Source: Erythrobacter sp.
Lineage (GTDB): Bacteria; Pseudomonadota; Alphaproteobacteria; Sphingomonadales; Sphingomonadaceae
Direction of reading: 5' to 3'
Length of the DNA stretch: 64,000 bases
NCBI GenBank assembly: GCA_039985875.1
Contig: JBDWRU010000010.1
Location: 7,266-71,265 of the forward strand
Shown here piece by piece: positions 16,159-25,781 of this stretch. Positions within the stretch are counted from its first letter, which is position 1; each line of letters starts with the position of its first letter. A program made the translations under genes and the position numbers. Below the pieces are notes generated by a model. It saw only the letters and a program-made list of their open reading frames with translations. It made no database searches and was not told the origin of the DNA.

Positions 16159-16677
16159 ATGGCCCCGCCAACTAAAAGCGGCCCTCGCTACGATCAGTTT
16201 ATTCAAGTTCCCAAGGTCCGCGTTATCGATGACGAAGGCGAGAACCTTGGTGTAATGTTCACCAACGAAGCGGTTGAGCAGGCCCAAGAAAAGGGTCTGA
16301 ATTTGGTCGAGGTATCGCCCAATGCCGATCCGCCTGTGTGCAAGTTCCTTGATGTCGGCAAATATCGTTACGAAGCGCAGAAGAAAGCCAACGCAGCGCG
16401 CAAAACGCAAAAGACGCAGGACATTAAAGAGGTCAAAATGCGTCCCAATATCGACACGCATGATTATGACGTGAAGATGCGCAACGTGAACAAGTTCATC
16501 GACAATGGCGACAAGGTGAAAGTGACTTTGCGTTTTCGCGGGCGCGAAATGGCGCACCAACATCTGGGTATGGACTTGCTCAAGCGGGTTCAGGAAGATG
16601 TTGAGGAAACCGCTAAGGTCGAAGCTTTCCCAAGGCTCGAAGGCCGTCAGATGCTGATGGTGCTCGCGCCGAAATAG
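16159..16677 (+). CDS. infC: Translation initiation factor IF-3
   Basis: [57 protein letters not shown]. Confidence 0.9.
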   Translation: MAPPTKSGPRYDQFIQVPKVRVIDDEGENLGVMFTNEAVEQAQEKGLNLVEVSPNADPPVCKFLDVGKYRYEAQKKANAARKTQKTQDIKEVKMRPNIDTHDYDVKMRNVNKFIDNGDKVKVTLRFRGREMAHQHLGMDLLKRVQEDVEETAKVEAFPRLEGRQMLMVLAPK

Positions 16678-16700
16678 TTCGGCCAGAATGGTAAAGGTTG

Positions 16701-16733
16701 AGCGGGCACCAGCGATGGTGGCCCGCTTTTCTT
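16701..16733 (+). terminator. Rho-independent terminator after infC
   Basis: GCGGGC(ACC)...(GGTG)GCCCGC hairpin at 16701-16727, followed by TTTTCTT. Confidence 0.7.
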
Positions 16734-17006
16734 AATTTTGAATCGCATCCGACCAACTGCAATCGCAATCGACAAACAGTAAAATGAAACCGATTGGCGG
16801 TCTCAATCGTATAGTTTTGTGTGCTATAAGAATAAAACGCGGCGAGGTCGGCATTCCCCGAATTGCGACCCCGTCGACCCGCCGCGAACTCACGCCAAAC
16901 GGCGCCACGATGACGAAAATACAATGTGCAGCTGCGCATTCTACTCTTACCCGATTGCGATAGGTTTGATAGAATGCGTGCCGCACAAATAGGAGGAAAT
17001 GAGGTC

Positions 17007-18116
17007 ATGACGATGTCCCCCGCACGCCGGATTCTCACCGCCACATTTATGGCGGCAAGTGCTTATGCGCTTACTGCGCCCGCTATGGCACAAGCCACAT
17101 CGGACCCAAGTTTCGCTGCCTTTGCCCCGCGCGCCGACCGGATCGATCATCGCATAGACTATTCAATTTGGACCGAAGCGCTTTCCAACTTCGTCGTGTC
17201 GATGGGCCCGCCGCTGCGCAAGAAGCCGACCGGTTCGCAGCAAATCATCGGAACGCGCCAACGCGTCGGTCACAATTCCATCTACCGTCTTGACGGATCA
17301 ATGGTCGGCTTTTCATTCATGACCAACGAAGTGATTGAGAGTTTTTCCGAGTACCGCCACGACCTTGAGCGTGTCGCTGATGGTTTGGAAATCGCTTCTC
17401 TCCCGCGTGATGAGCAATTGGCGTACTGGTTTAACCTCCACAATGTCGCGATGGTGGAACAAATTGCGCTCAATTGGCCCGTGCGGCAGCCGCGCGAAAT
17501 CTTGATTGAAGGCGTTCCTTTGGATGAAGCGCGCTTTATTACGGTCAATGGCATTGCGATGAGCCCCAAGGACATTCGCACCAAGATCGTTTTTAAGCAC
17601 TGGAAAGACCCGCGGGTCATTTACGGCTTTTGGCGCGGTGAAATTGGCGGCCCAGCGATGCAGCGCGAGGCATTCGAAGCCAGCACTATCTCCTACCTGC
17701 TAGACCGCGCGGCGCGTGAATTTGCCAATTCGCGGCGTGGTGTCGAAAATCGCGGCTCGACCTTGCACGTGTCGACCTTGTACGAAGAAGCAGCGCCCCA
17801 CTACTTCCCAAATTTCGCCGAGGATGTGCGCAATCACATCAATCGCTTCGCCAATGAAGAGATGAAGGCGCGCTACGAGGGTACGAGCACAGTTAAAGCA
17901 AGCATTCGCGAGTATGACATCGCTGATCTGGTTGGCGGGCGGCGCACAAACCCGGCCTATACAAATGGTCGCCTAGATGCGGCTGCGATTGCCTTGCTTC
18001 GTGAACGCCAAGGCAAGCTTGACTATCTTGCTCGTGAAGGGGTCCGCACCGGTACCGTCACGTTCAGCGATTTCGTCGCGCCGGGCGAGGAAGAAAAAGA
18101 AGACGACGTCGAATAA
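17007..18116 (+). CDS. DUF547-domain secreted protein
   Basis: Start at ATG 17007, 9 nt after AGGAGGA. Signal peptide ...ALTAPAMAQA. YWFNLHNVAMV block typical of DUF547. Confidence 0.6.
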   Translation: MTMSPARRILTATFMAASAYALTAPAMAQATSDPSFAAFAPRADRIDHRIDYSIWTEALSNFVVSMGPPLRKKPTGSQQIIGTRQRVGHNSIYRLDGSMVGFSFMTNEVIESFSEYRHDLERVADGLEIASLPRDEQLAYWFNLHNVAMVEQIALNWPVRQPREILIEGVPLDEARFITVNGIAMSPKDIRTKIVFKHWKDPRVIYGFWRGEIGGPAMQREAFEASTISYLLDRAAREFANSRRGVENRGSTLHVSTLYEEAAPHYFPNFAEDVRNHINRFANEEMKARYEGTSTVKASIREYDIADLVGGRRTNPAYTNGRLDAAAIALLRERQGKLDYLAREGVRTGTVTFSDFVAPGEEEKEDDVE

Positions 18117-18223
18117 AGGCTGAGGGAAATAGAGGTCGGTGGAGCGGCACGCTGCCACCCCTTGTAGCCCGCACATAAGCCCTGTTAGTCTTCACCTGTC
18201 GCATTGACGGGAGAAACAATCAC

Positions 18224-19660
18224 ATGACCGCGCGCCGGATTGGCCTTTTCCTAGGCCCGCTGGTTTTTGCCATAACCGCGTTCACATCACCGCCGGGCGG
18301 GATGGGCGCGGAGGCATGGCTGGTCGCTGGACTGGTTGTCTGGATGGCAAGCTGGTGGATGACCGAAGCGGTGCCGCTTTCGGTGACGGCTCTCCTTCCT
18401 TTTATCTGTCTTCCCTTGGGCGGGGTTATGCCTGCCCCCGACGCAGCCAGCGCATATTACGCCCCGATCCTTTTCCTACTTTTAGGCGGGGCATTTATTG
18501 CGCTCACGATTGAGCGTACGGGCCTGCACAAACGTTTGAGCCTTGCGATCCTAAGAACAATTGGGACCAACGGCGGGCAAGAGCGCTTGCTATTGGCCTT
18601 CATGATTTCAGCCGCGATTTTATCGATGTTGATTTCAAACACCTCAACCGCGCTGATTATGATGCCAATGGCGCTTGCGGTTATCGCTGGAGGAGCCGCC
18701 GCCAAGGAAACAGGTGATGGCGCGCCGATTAACACGGATGGTCTTGCGGGCGCTCTCCCGATGGGGATCGCCTTTGCCGCAAGTATTGGTGGCCTCGGCA
18801 CAATTGTCGGCTCCCCTACCAATGGGATCGCTGTGCAATTGCTTGATGACATGATCGGGCTTGAAATCAGTTTTGCGACTTGGATGGCATACGGCTTACC
18901 TGTTGTATTGATCGGCATCCCTTTGGCGGCGCTAATCATTTCAAAGGTTCAACGGGTCTCCGCCCACCCATTCGATTTGCCCGCCGCGCGCGCCGCAATT
19001 GATGAGCAGCGCAGCTGGTCGAGCGCGGAGAAACGCCTCGTCCCTATCATTGCGGTGACATTCCTTTTTTGGATGTCGCGCCAATGGGTTGCTCCCTATC
19101 TGCCAGACAAAAGCTGGACCGATGGTACAATCGCAGTCTTGGCGAGCGTTGCATTGTTTTTGACACCCGATGGGACTGGCAGGCCGCTGTTAGTCTGGAA
19201 GGAAGCCGATCGCGCGCCTTGGGGAGTGATCTTGATGTTCGGCGGCGGTTTGGCATTGGCGGCGGGGATGAAGGAAAGCGGGCTGGCCCAATGGTTAGGC
19301 AATGCTTTGTTGCCGCTCGAAGCGGTGCCGCTTATTCTGATGGTCTTTGCGATTGTCGCAATGGTGGTGCTGGTCACAGAATTTGCCAGCAACGTCGCCA
19401 CGGCAAGCGCAATCATTCCAGTCGTGGCCAGTTTGGCCGCTGCTCTGGGCCTAGGCGAAGACGCGATCCTGATCGCAATGCCTGCAGCACTTGCGGCAAG
19501 CTGGGGCTTTATCCTGCCAGCGGGAACAGGCCCCAATGCGATTGCTTGGGCGACGGGGCGGCTAACAATCGGGAGACTGGTGCGCGCCGGAATTTTGCTC
19601 GATCTCATCGGCATCATGATGATGATTGGCGTGGTCTGGGCGGTTGCTAGCCTCAACTAA
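18224..19660 (+). CDS. SLC13/DASS-family anion:cation symporter
   Basis: 478 aa and polytopic. It has repeated hairpin-like SNTxxx motifs (ISNTSTALIMMP and FASNVATASAIIP). Confidence 0.7.
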   Translation: MTARRIGLFLGPLVFAITAFTSPPGGMGAEAWLVAGLVVWMASWWMTEAVPLSVTALLPFICLPLGGVMPAPDAASAYYAPILFLLLGGAFIALTIERTGLHKRLSLAILRTIGTNGGQERLLLAFMISAAILSMLISNTSTALIMMPMALAVIAGGAAAKETGDGAPINTDGLAGALPMGIAFAASIGGLGTIVGSPTNGIAVQLLDDMIGLEISFATWMAYGLPVVLIGIPLAALIISKVQRVSAHPFDLPAARAAIDEQRSWSSAEKRLVPIIAVTFLFWMSRQWVAPYLPDKSWTDGTIAVLASVALFLTPDGTGRPLLVWKEADRAPWGVILMFGGGLALAAGMKESGLAQWLGNALLPLEAVPLILMVFAIVAMVVLVTEFASNVATASAIIPVVASLAAALGLGEDAILIAMPAALAASWGFILPAGTGPNAIAWATGRLTIGRLVRAGILLDLIGIMMMIGVVWAVASLN

Positions 19661-19753
19661 GCCAAACGTGCTCTCTATCAATAGTGAGCCTCGCCGTACC
19701 TAACGATACGATCTATCGAACATGCCAAGTCGATAGAAAGGACGCCTTACCCC

Positions 19754-20935
19754 ATGCCTGAATTGTCGCCTGAAGCGATTGAAATTGCCGAGCGCGTTGA
19801 GAGCTTTGTTCGCGAGACAATCGCGCCGTTTGAAACCGATCCTCGCCGCGACAGCCATGGCCCCTCGGACGAGCTAGCAAGCGAACTGCGCGAATTGGCG
19901 CGTTCTGCTGGATTGCTGACTCCGCATATCAGAGAGGATGGCTCGCATTTCAGCCACTTGGAAACGGCATTGATTTTTCGCAAAAGCGGCCTGTCACCGC
20001 TTGGGCCCATCGCGCTGCATGTCATGGCTCCTGATGAGGGTAATATGTACTTGCTTGGCAAGGTAGGCAGCCCCGCGATCAAAGAACGTTTCCTAGCGCC
20101 ATTGGTCGAAGGGAAGGCACGCTCGGCTTTCTTTATGACAGAGCCTGCAGAAGATGGTGGCGCGGGCTCCGATCCCTCGCTGATGCAGACCACCTGTAAA
20201 CGCGACGGCAATCACTGGGTCATCAAAGGACGCAAAGCGTTTATCACGGGGGCCGAGGGCGCAAAGGTCGGAATTGTGATGGCGAAGTCCGTTGAACCCG
20301 ACAGCGAAGGCGGCGCGTGCCTGTTCTTGGTTGATTTGCCCGACCCGGCGATCCAGACCGAACGCGTGCTCGATACGATCGACAGCTCAATGCCCGGCGG
20401 TCATGCTGTCATCACGCTCGACGATTTGCGTGTGCCCGCGGATCAGATGTTGGGCGATGCTGGCGAAGGTTTCAAATATGCACAAATTCGTCTTGCCCCG
20501 GCGCGGCTAACCCATTGCATGCGCTGGCTGGGCCTTGCGGACCGCGCACAGGAAATCGCCTCGGACTATGTCTGCAAACGCACCGCGTTTGGCAAGCAAT
20601 TGATCGACCATGAGGGCGTTGGCTTTATGCTAGCGCAGAACATGATCGACTTGCAGGCTTGCGGGCTGATGATCGATTGGTGCGCCAAGGTATTGGACAC
20701 AGGCGGTTTGGGCACAACCGAAAGCTCTATGGCCAAGACCTTCGTGGCCGAAACGCTGTTCCAAATTGCCGATCGCTGCGTACAATCGATGGGCGGCACT
20801 GGCGTGACGGGCGATACGATTGTCGAACAATTGTTCCGCGAAGTGCGCGCGTTCCGCATTTATGATGGCCCCACCGAAGTGCACAAATGGAGCCTTGCGA
20901 AAAAGATCAAACGCAATTGGCGTGACGCGCAATAG
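19754..20935 (+). CDS. Acyl-CoA dehydrogenase family protein
   Basis: 393 aa. FFMTEPAEDGGAGSDP and a C-terminal FRIYDGPTEVH block. Confidence 0.8.
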   Translation: MPELSPEAIEIAERVESFVRETIAPFETDPRRDSHGPSDELASELRELARSAGLLTPHIREDGSHFSHLETALIFRKSGLSPLGPIALHVMAPDEGNMYLLGKVGSPAIKERFLAPLVEGKARSAFFMTEPAEDGGAGSDPSLMQTTCKRDGNHWVIKGRKAFITGAEGAKVGIVMAKSVEPDSEGGACLFLVDLPDPAIQTERVLDTIDSSMPGGHAVITLDDLRVPADQMLGDAGEGFKYAQIRLAPARLTHCMRWLGLADRAQEIASDYVCKRTAFGKQLIDHEGVGFMLAQNMIDLQACGLMIDWCAKVLDTGGLGTTESSMAKTFVAETLFQIADRCVQSMGGTGVTGDTIVEQLFREVRAFRIYDGPTEVHKWSLAKKIKRNWRDAQ

Positions 20936-20950
20936 GTGCGCGCTGGCGAA

Positions 20951-20977
20951 AGCGGGCGCCGCAACGGCGCGCCCGCT
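20951..20977. terminator. GC-rich hairpin between convergent genes (possible bidirectional terminator)
   Basis: AGCGGGCGC (20951-20959) pairs with GCGCCCGCT (20969-20977). There is no clear U-tract on either strand. Confidence 0.45.
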
Positions 20978-20984
20978 CAACTCA

Positions 20985-21725
20985 TCACCACATCTTGCCC
21001 GGCTTTCGCTTGTAAGAATGCAAGTCCCCGCCCGAAATGCGATCCCAGAACTGCCCGCCGACCATCTGTTCGGCATCGTAGGTTTTAACCAAGAAGCTCT
21101 CCAAATCAGCAGTCTGTTTCTTGTTCGGAATTTCAAACGTCCATAGCCGGAACCGGCCCCTTTTATTCTCGACGAGAACGCTCTTGATAAAGGCATGGGG
21201 CACCGGAACGCTGATCCCAAAGGCCTCCTGTTCTTTGCCGATCCGCTCCACCTTCTCTCCAAAGTAGAACACTGGACAAGTCAGAACGTAAGTCTCAGCT
21301 GTGCTGTCCCGTTCATCAAGAACCCGAATTTCCTCTTCGAGCTTTTTCCAAATGCCCCGATTAAATCGTGGCCGCTGCGGTGACATGTTCGAGAGTAGAA
21401 ACGTTTCCGAGTTCTGGATATCCTGCAAATCTTGGTTTGCGCTGGCGACCAAATGCCCACGATCAAATCCGCTGCCTTGGTACGCTTTCAAACCCGCTCG
21501 GAACCGTTTGGGTATCCTTGTGTCAGCGCGAAAATTCTCTGCACGTTCCACACCTGCAAGATCGTTTACCAATTCGCGCTCGCGATTGATGATCTCCAGC
21601 GTCCATTTAGCTTGGCGGAAATACCATGAATAACCGATAGTGAAATGTCGGCCCGTTAGAATCTGGTCGCACACCGGCGCCCCATAACGCAGCTCGCGCT
21701 GCATCTGAAATGGATCATTCAACAC
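20985..21725 (-). CDS. DNA/RNA non-specific endonuclease (EndoG/NucA family), no signal peptide
   Basis: beta-beta-alpha-Me motifs GFDRGHLVA and LSNMSPQRPRFNRGIWKKLE. The gene is AT-richer by eye than its flanks. Confidence 0.8.
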   Translation of the reverse strand: MLNDPFQMQRELRYGAPVCDQILTGRHFTIGYSWYFRQAKWTLEIINRERELVNDLAGVERAENFRADTRIPKRFRAGLKAYQGSGFDRGHLVASANQDLQDIQNSETFLLSNMSPQRPRFNRGIWKKLEEEIRVLDERDSTAETYVLTCPVFYFGEKVERIGKEQEAFGISVPVPHAFIKSVLVENKRGRFRLWTFEIPNKKQTADLESFLVKTYDAEQMVGGQFWDRISGGDLHSYKRKPGKMW

Positions 21726-22047
21726 TTAACCCTCCCCCTGACTAAAGGTCATTTTGCGCAGTGAACTCAGCAGAAAGTCGTACGAAGGGTAAGGTACTTT
21801 TTTCTATAGGGCTTGAATTAACAACATATTGGAGTCCCATCCCTGCTCCATTTCAAGCCTTCGCGTTCCTAACTGTCGTTTGCATCCACACCAAGCGGTT
21901 GCACATGAAATCAGTTGGAAGTATCTGAAGCGCATTGAACAGGTCTTGTGGTGGAGAGGCGCTTCTGCGGAGGTTAGAAGCGGGAGCCCCTGAGCCTGCG
22001 AATAGCTCCTGCCTTCCTGGGAGCGATTAATAGGAAGGTATCCGCTC

Positions 22048-23364
22048 ATGACGGACGCAATCGACCCCACAAACACGCCTACTCCGCGCCGCAAACCGAA
22101 GTCCGAAAAGACCAGTATTGGCGGGCGCAAGCTGAGCCCGGCTACGATGATGATGGGGCATGGCTATGACCCGGTTCTTTCCGAAGGATCGCTGAAAGCC
22201 CCGATCTTTTTGACCTCCACTTTTGCATTCCCAAGTGCGGCCGATGGTAAACGCCATTTCGAAGGCATCACCGGCAAACGCGAAGGCGGCGCAGAAGGAC
22301 TGGTCTATTCGCGTTTCAACGGACCAAATCAGGAAATTCTCGAAGACAGGTTGGCCATTTGGGACGGCGCCGAAGACGCTCTGACTTTCTCTAGCGGGAT
22401 GACCGCAATTTGCATCCTGATGATGGCCTATGTCGGCCAAGGCGATGTGATCGTCCATTCCGGGCCGCTCTACGCGGCATCCGAAGGCTTCGTTGCCAAA
22501 GTGCTCTCCAAGTTTGGCGTCACCTATGTCGATTTTCCAGCCGGGGCGAGCCACGAAGAGCTCGACGAAGTGCTGAAGAAAGCGAAGTGTCAGGCGGGCG
22601 AAAATGGCGGCAAGGTCGCGATGATCTATCTCGAAAGCCCGGCCAACCCCACCAATGCTCTGGTTGATATCGAAGCGGTGAAGGAAGCACGCGATGCCAA
22701 TCTCAAATGGGATTGCCCTATCGCTATCGACAACACATTCCTTGGTCCCTTGTGGCAGCGCCCGTTGGACCACGGCGCGGACATCGTAGCCTATTCGCTA
22801 ACCAAATATGTGGGCGGCCATTCCGACCTCGTTGCTGGCTCCATTGCGGGTGCGAAAAAGTGGATGGACCCGGTGCGTGCGCTGCGCAACACAATGGGCG
22901 GAATTGTCGATCCCAACACCGCATGGATGCTGCTGCGCTCGCTCGAGACGGTTGAATTACGGATGCAACGGGCGGGTGAGAACGCCGCGAAGGTGTGTGA
23001 TTTTTTGAGCCAACATCCCAAAGTCGAAGGGCTAGGCTATCTCGGCCACATCACTGATCCGCGCCAGCAAGACATTTATGACCGGCATTGCAAAGGCGCA
23101 GGTTCAACCTTCAGCGTATTTCTGAAAGGCGGAGAGGCGGAGAGCTTCGCCTTCCTCGATCACTTGCAAATCGCGAAGCTTGCCGTAAGCCTTGGCGGGA
23201 CAGAGACGCTTGCCAGCCATCCTGCGGCAATGACACATTTGTCGGTTCCACAAGAGCGCAAAGACGCTCTGGGAATCACGGACAATCTTGTGCGGATCAG
23301 CATCGGGATCGAAGATCCGGACGATCTAATTGCGGACTTTGAACAAGCGCTGGAACATGTCTAG
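22048..23364 (+). CDS. Cys/Met-metabolism PLP-dependent enzyme (cystathionine gamma-synthase / methionine gamma-lyase family)
   Basis: 438 aa. SLTKYVGGHSDLVAGS carries the PLP lysine. ESPANPTN and SLGGTETL blocks are present. Confidence 0.75.
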   Translation: MTDAIDPTNTPTPRRKPKSEKTSIGGRKLSPATMMMGHGYDPVLSEGSLKAPIFLTSTFAFPSAADGKRHFEGITGKREGGAEGLVYSRFNGPNQEILEDRLAIWDGAEDALTFSSGMTAICILMMAYVGQGDVIVHSGPLYAASEGFVAKVLSKFGVTYVDFPAGASHEELDEVLKKAKCQAGENGGKVAMIYLESPANPTNALVDIEAVKEARDANLKWDCPIAIDNTFLGPLWQRPLDHGADIVAYSLTKYVGGHSDLVAGSIAGAKKWMDPVRALRNTMGGIVDPNTAWMLLRSLETVELRMQRAGENAAKVCDFLSQHPKVEGLGYLGHITDPRQQDIYDRHCKGAGSTFSVFLKGGEAESFAFLDHLQIAKLAVSLGGTETLASHPAAMTHLSVPQERKDALGITDNLVRISIGIEDPDDLIADFEQALEHV

Positions 23365-23404
23365 ATTTCAGACTAGCATTCCTTCGTAAGAGGGAGAGTT
23401 CAAC

Positions 23405-24229
23405 GTGAGTAAGAAACCCGTTATCCTCGTAATTGGCGCGGGCGCCGGTATTGGCGGACATACCGCTATGCGTTTTGCCGCCGGCGGTTATCATGCGGTG
23501 CTAGCAAGGCGCTCCGATGAGGAAAGCCTTGCCAACTTGATCGACCAAATCGAGAGTGCCGGTGGCAGCGCGACGGGCACTCTCTTAAACGCCGCGGAAG
23601 ATGGCGCGATTGAAGAGCTCGTGGCGCGAGTAGAAACCGATATCGGTCCTATTGATACAGCGCTCTACAATCTGGGTGCGCAGATCGGGAACCGCGCATT
23701 GCATGACACGCCGCACCGCACATTTGAATTGGGCTGGCGACTAGGGTGTTATGGTGTGTTCCGTCTTGCCCATGCCGCTTTCCCGGCAATGGTGGAGCGC
23801 GGCAAGGGCTCGTTATTGGTCACATCTGCGACCTCTGCGATGCGCGGAAATGCCGGGCAACACAGCCACGCCGCTGCGATGGGTGGTCGCCGGATGCTGT
23901 GCCAAACGCTCAACGCCGAGTTTGGCCCCAAGGGTATTCATGTGGCGCATATTGTCGTCGATGGCTCGGTCGATGCGCCGGACACTTTGGGCAAGCTGCT
24001 CGGTGATAAATGGGAAGACTACAAGGCCTCCAAAGGTAAGGAAGGCGTGATCAATCCTGCCGACTTGGCCGATACCTATTGGCACTTGGCGCAGCAGCCC
24101 AGGAATTGTTGGACCCACGAGATAGACGCGCGGCCTTGGAAAGATGTGGCTTGGTGGAACGACAACCCTAACCCCACGATCAATTCGACCGCAGCCAAGC
24201 CGGGATTTTCGGGGCCTCAAACCAATTAG
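23405..24229 (+). CDS. SDR-family oxidoreductase
   Basis: VIGAGAGIGG Rossmann motif; 274 aa. Confidence 0.7.
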   Translation: MSKKPVILVIGAGAGIGGHTAMRFAAGGYHAVLARRSDEESLANLIDQIESAGGSATGTLLNAAEDGAIEELVARVETDIGPIDTALYNLGAQIGNRALHDTPHRTFELGWRLGCYGVFRLAHAAFPAMVERGKGSLLVTSATSAMRGNAGQHSHAAAMGGRRMLCQTLNAEFGPKGIHVAHIVVDGSVDAPDTLGKLLGDKWEDYKASKGKEGVINPADLADTYWHLAQQPRNCWTHEIDARPWKDVAWWNDNPNPTINSTAAKPGFSGPQTN

Positions 24230-24774
24230 GCGCAGGACACTTTCGCGTCGGGTTCGCCCTTTTCCGCATAGAAGCGGTGGACCAAGGCGCAGGGTATGCT
24301 GGGTGACGGAGAAACTATCTCCTTGAGTTTCCCATTGCGGCCGCGCTTGTAAAACTCAGCAGCAACGGGAGAGAACCTGTTGTTACCTAGCTCAATAATA
24401 ACCATCGCATAGGCACCGTGAGACATGGTCAACCTTAGCGGGATAGACTTGGAGTTACCAAAGAGAGCTTTTGCGGCGGACGCACCTTTTCGTTCAAAGT
24501 AGGCTTCCATCTGCGCTGCATAAGCCTGCGGCTCGGTCGTCATCGCCGCAGCTCCGGCAATGTCACCGCGCGCAAGCTTTTGCCGGATGGCGAGGAAGGT
24601 TCGCGCGGCTTCGGGACTGCGATTGCTGCCATTGGCGATGGAGATGGACTGCTGTGATATGGCCACTGGGACTACAGATGCGCTAGCGCTCTGATCTGCA
24701 GATGCTAGCGAAAAGCTCGACAATGCCGTCGCGATTGCGGCGACAGCCAGAAAACGTCGTTTGAGTTTTACCAT
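24226..24774 (-). CDS. Secreted hypothetical protein
   Basis: Start set to Met23 (MVKLKRRFLAVAAIATALSSFSLASA signal peptide). Its stop overlaps the convergent SDR stop. Confidence 0.45.
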   Translation of the reverse strand: MVKLKRRFLAVAAIATALSSFSLASADQSASASVVPVAISQQSISIANGSNRSPEAARTFLAIRQKLARGDIAGAAAMTTEPQAYAAQMEAYFERKGASAAKALFGNSKSIPLRLTMSHGAYAMVIIELGNNRFSPVAAEFYKRGRNGKLKEIVSPSPSIPCALVHRFYAEKGEPDAKVSCA

Positions 24775-24864
24775 ACCAACACCCTCTCTTGCGCGAATTA
24801 TCGAAGCGCATCCAATCAAAAGGGTAAGGGCTGGTCCCAAAGAAAGAGTAAATGGCTCGGACGC

Positions 24865-25401
24865 TTATCCTTTCCAAGCGCGCCGTTCCTCCGCCATCCG
24901 CAGCACTTCGTAGCTAACCTGAATTTTCTGAAATTCCTTGGCTGCTTCCTCATCGCCGGGTTTCACATCGGGATGAACCTCTTTGGCTTTCGCGCGATAG
25001 GCTTTCTTGATCGCATCGAAGTCAGCATCCGCTTCAAGGTCCAACACTTCCAACGCGCGCATTTCATCGGCGCTGCGCGAACCGTCGCCAGTCCCGCCGC
25101 TCCATCCATAATGCGACGCCTCGGCATAGCCTTCGCTTTCCTGCCGTTCGGCTTTGGCGCGCTCGGCCTTCTGTTCCTTGTCGAGTCCTTCGAAGTAGTC
25201 CCAACCTTTGTTGTACTCGGCAGCATGCTTTTGACAGAAATACCACCTGTCCGGGCTGTTCGGCGATTTGGGAGCGGGACAAAGCCCCGGCTCTCCGCAG
25301 CCATGCCGGTCGCACTCACGTTGAGCCACTGTCTCACGCGAGGACTCGTAGGGCCGCCAGCGCGGGAAGCCCCAATCGTCAGAGCGTCGAGCGCGGCTCA
25401 T
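24865..25401 (-). CDS. J-domain protein (C-terminal DnaJ domain, Cys-rich N-terminus)
   Basis: DFDAIKKAYRAKAKEVHPD contains the HPD motif. The N-terminal region has CDRHGC...LCP...FCQKH. Confidence 0.7.
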   Translation of the reverse strand: MSRARRSDDWGFPRWRPYESSRETVAQRECDRHGCGEPGLCPAPKSPNSPDRWYFCQKHAAEYNKGWDYFEGLDKEQKAERAKAERQESEGYAEASHYGWSGGTGDGSRSADEMRALEVLDLEADADFDAIKKAYRAKAKEVHPDVKPGDEEAAKEFQKIQVSYEVLRMAEERRAWKG

Positions 25402-25781
25402 CGGACAAGACTCAGTTGCCGCTTCGGTGAATGGGCGTTTGTCGATTGCATAGAGCGTTTAATCTACGCGTCCTCGATTAAATTGGAAAGAGATGGGAAC
25501 AAGTTTCAATCTGAAATGTTGCATTGCAGTAGATTGTTTATAATTACCTAGTAAGTGCCTCGCAAAGAAAGATCAGATGAGCCAACAACTCACCATATCC
25601 AGCCTATTTTGTGTCCTCGCTTTGGCGGTTCTGTGTGCCGTTGTCTCTCTCAGCGAAATAGCGGGCATCGGCGCCGGATCCTCTCAGCCGCTCATCCAAC
25701 TGCAAGCCGAAACAAGCCCCGGCCTTTAGACCTTAAACGCGTGCCCACGGCCCCGCTTAAACCGCGGAGCCGCGATGCGCC

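Noticed and set aside
21726-22047. SAM-II riboswitch upstream of the Cys/Met PLP-enzyme gene
   Set aside because: I could not find the conserved AAAGCU-containing pseudoknot core as I remember it. I kept only the observation of stacked hairpins as a low-confidence finding.
21804-22130. 108-aa minus-strand ORF as a possible inhibitor or partner gene upstream of the nuclease
   Set aside because: It overlaps the start of the PLP-enzyme gene and the structured leader. Its composition is not protein-like, and it is not coupled to the nuclease gene.
22027-22773. Long antisense ORFs inside well-supported genes (22027..22773, 42728..43285, 27094..27783, 57835..58485, 20630..21262, 16093..16563, 15446..15973, 18457..18939, 19096..19656)
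   Set aside because: Each lies opposite a gene with clear family motifs and shows Arg/Ala/Gly-rich, low-complexity translations. Such ORFs are typical of GC-rich antisense frames.
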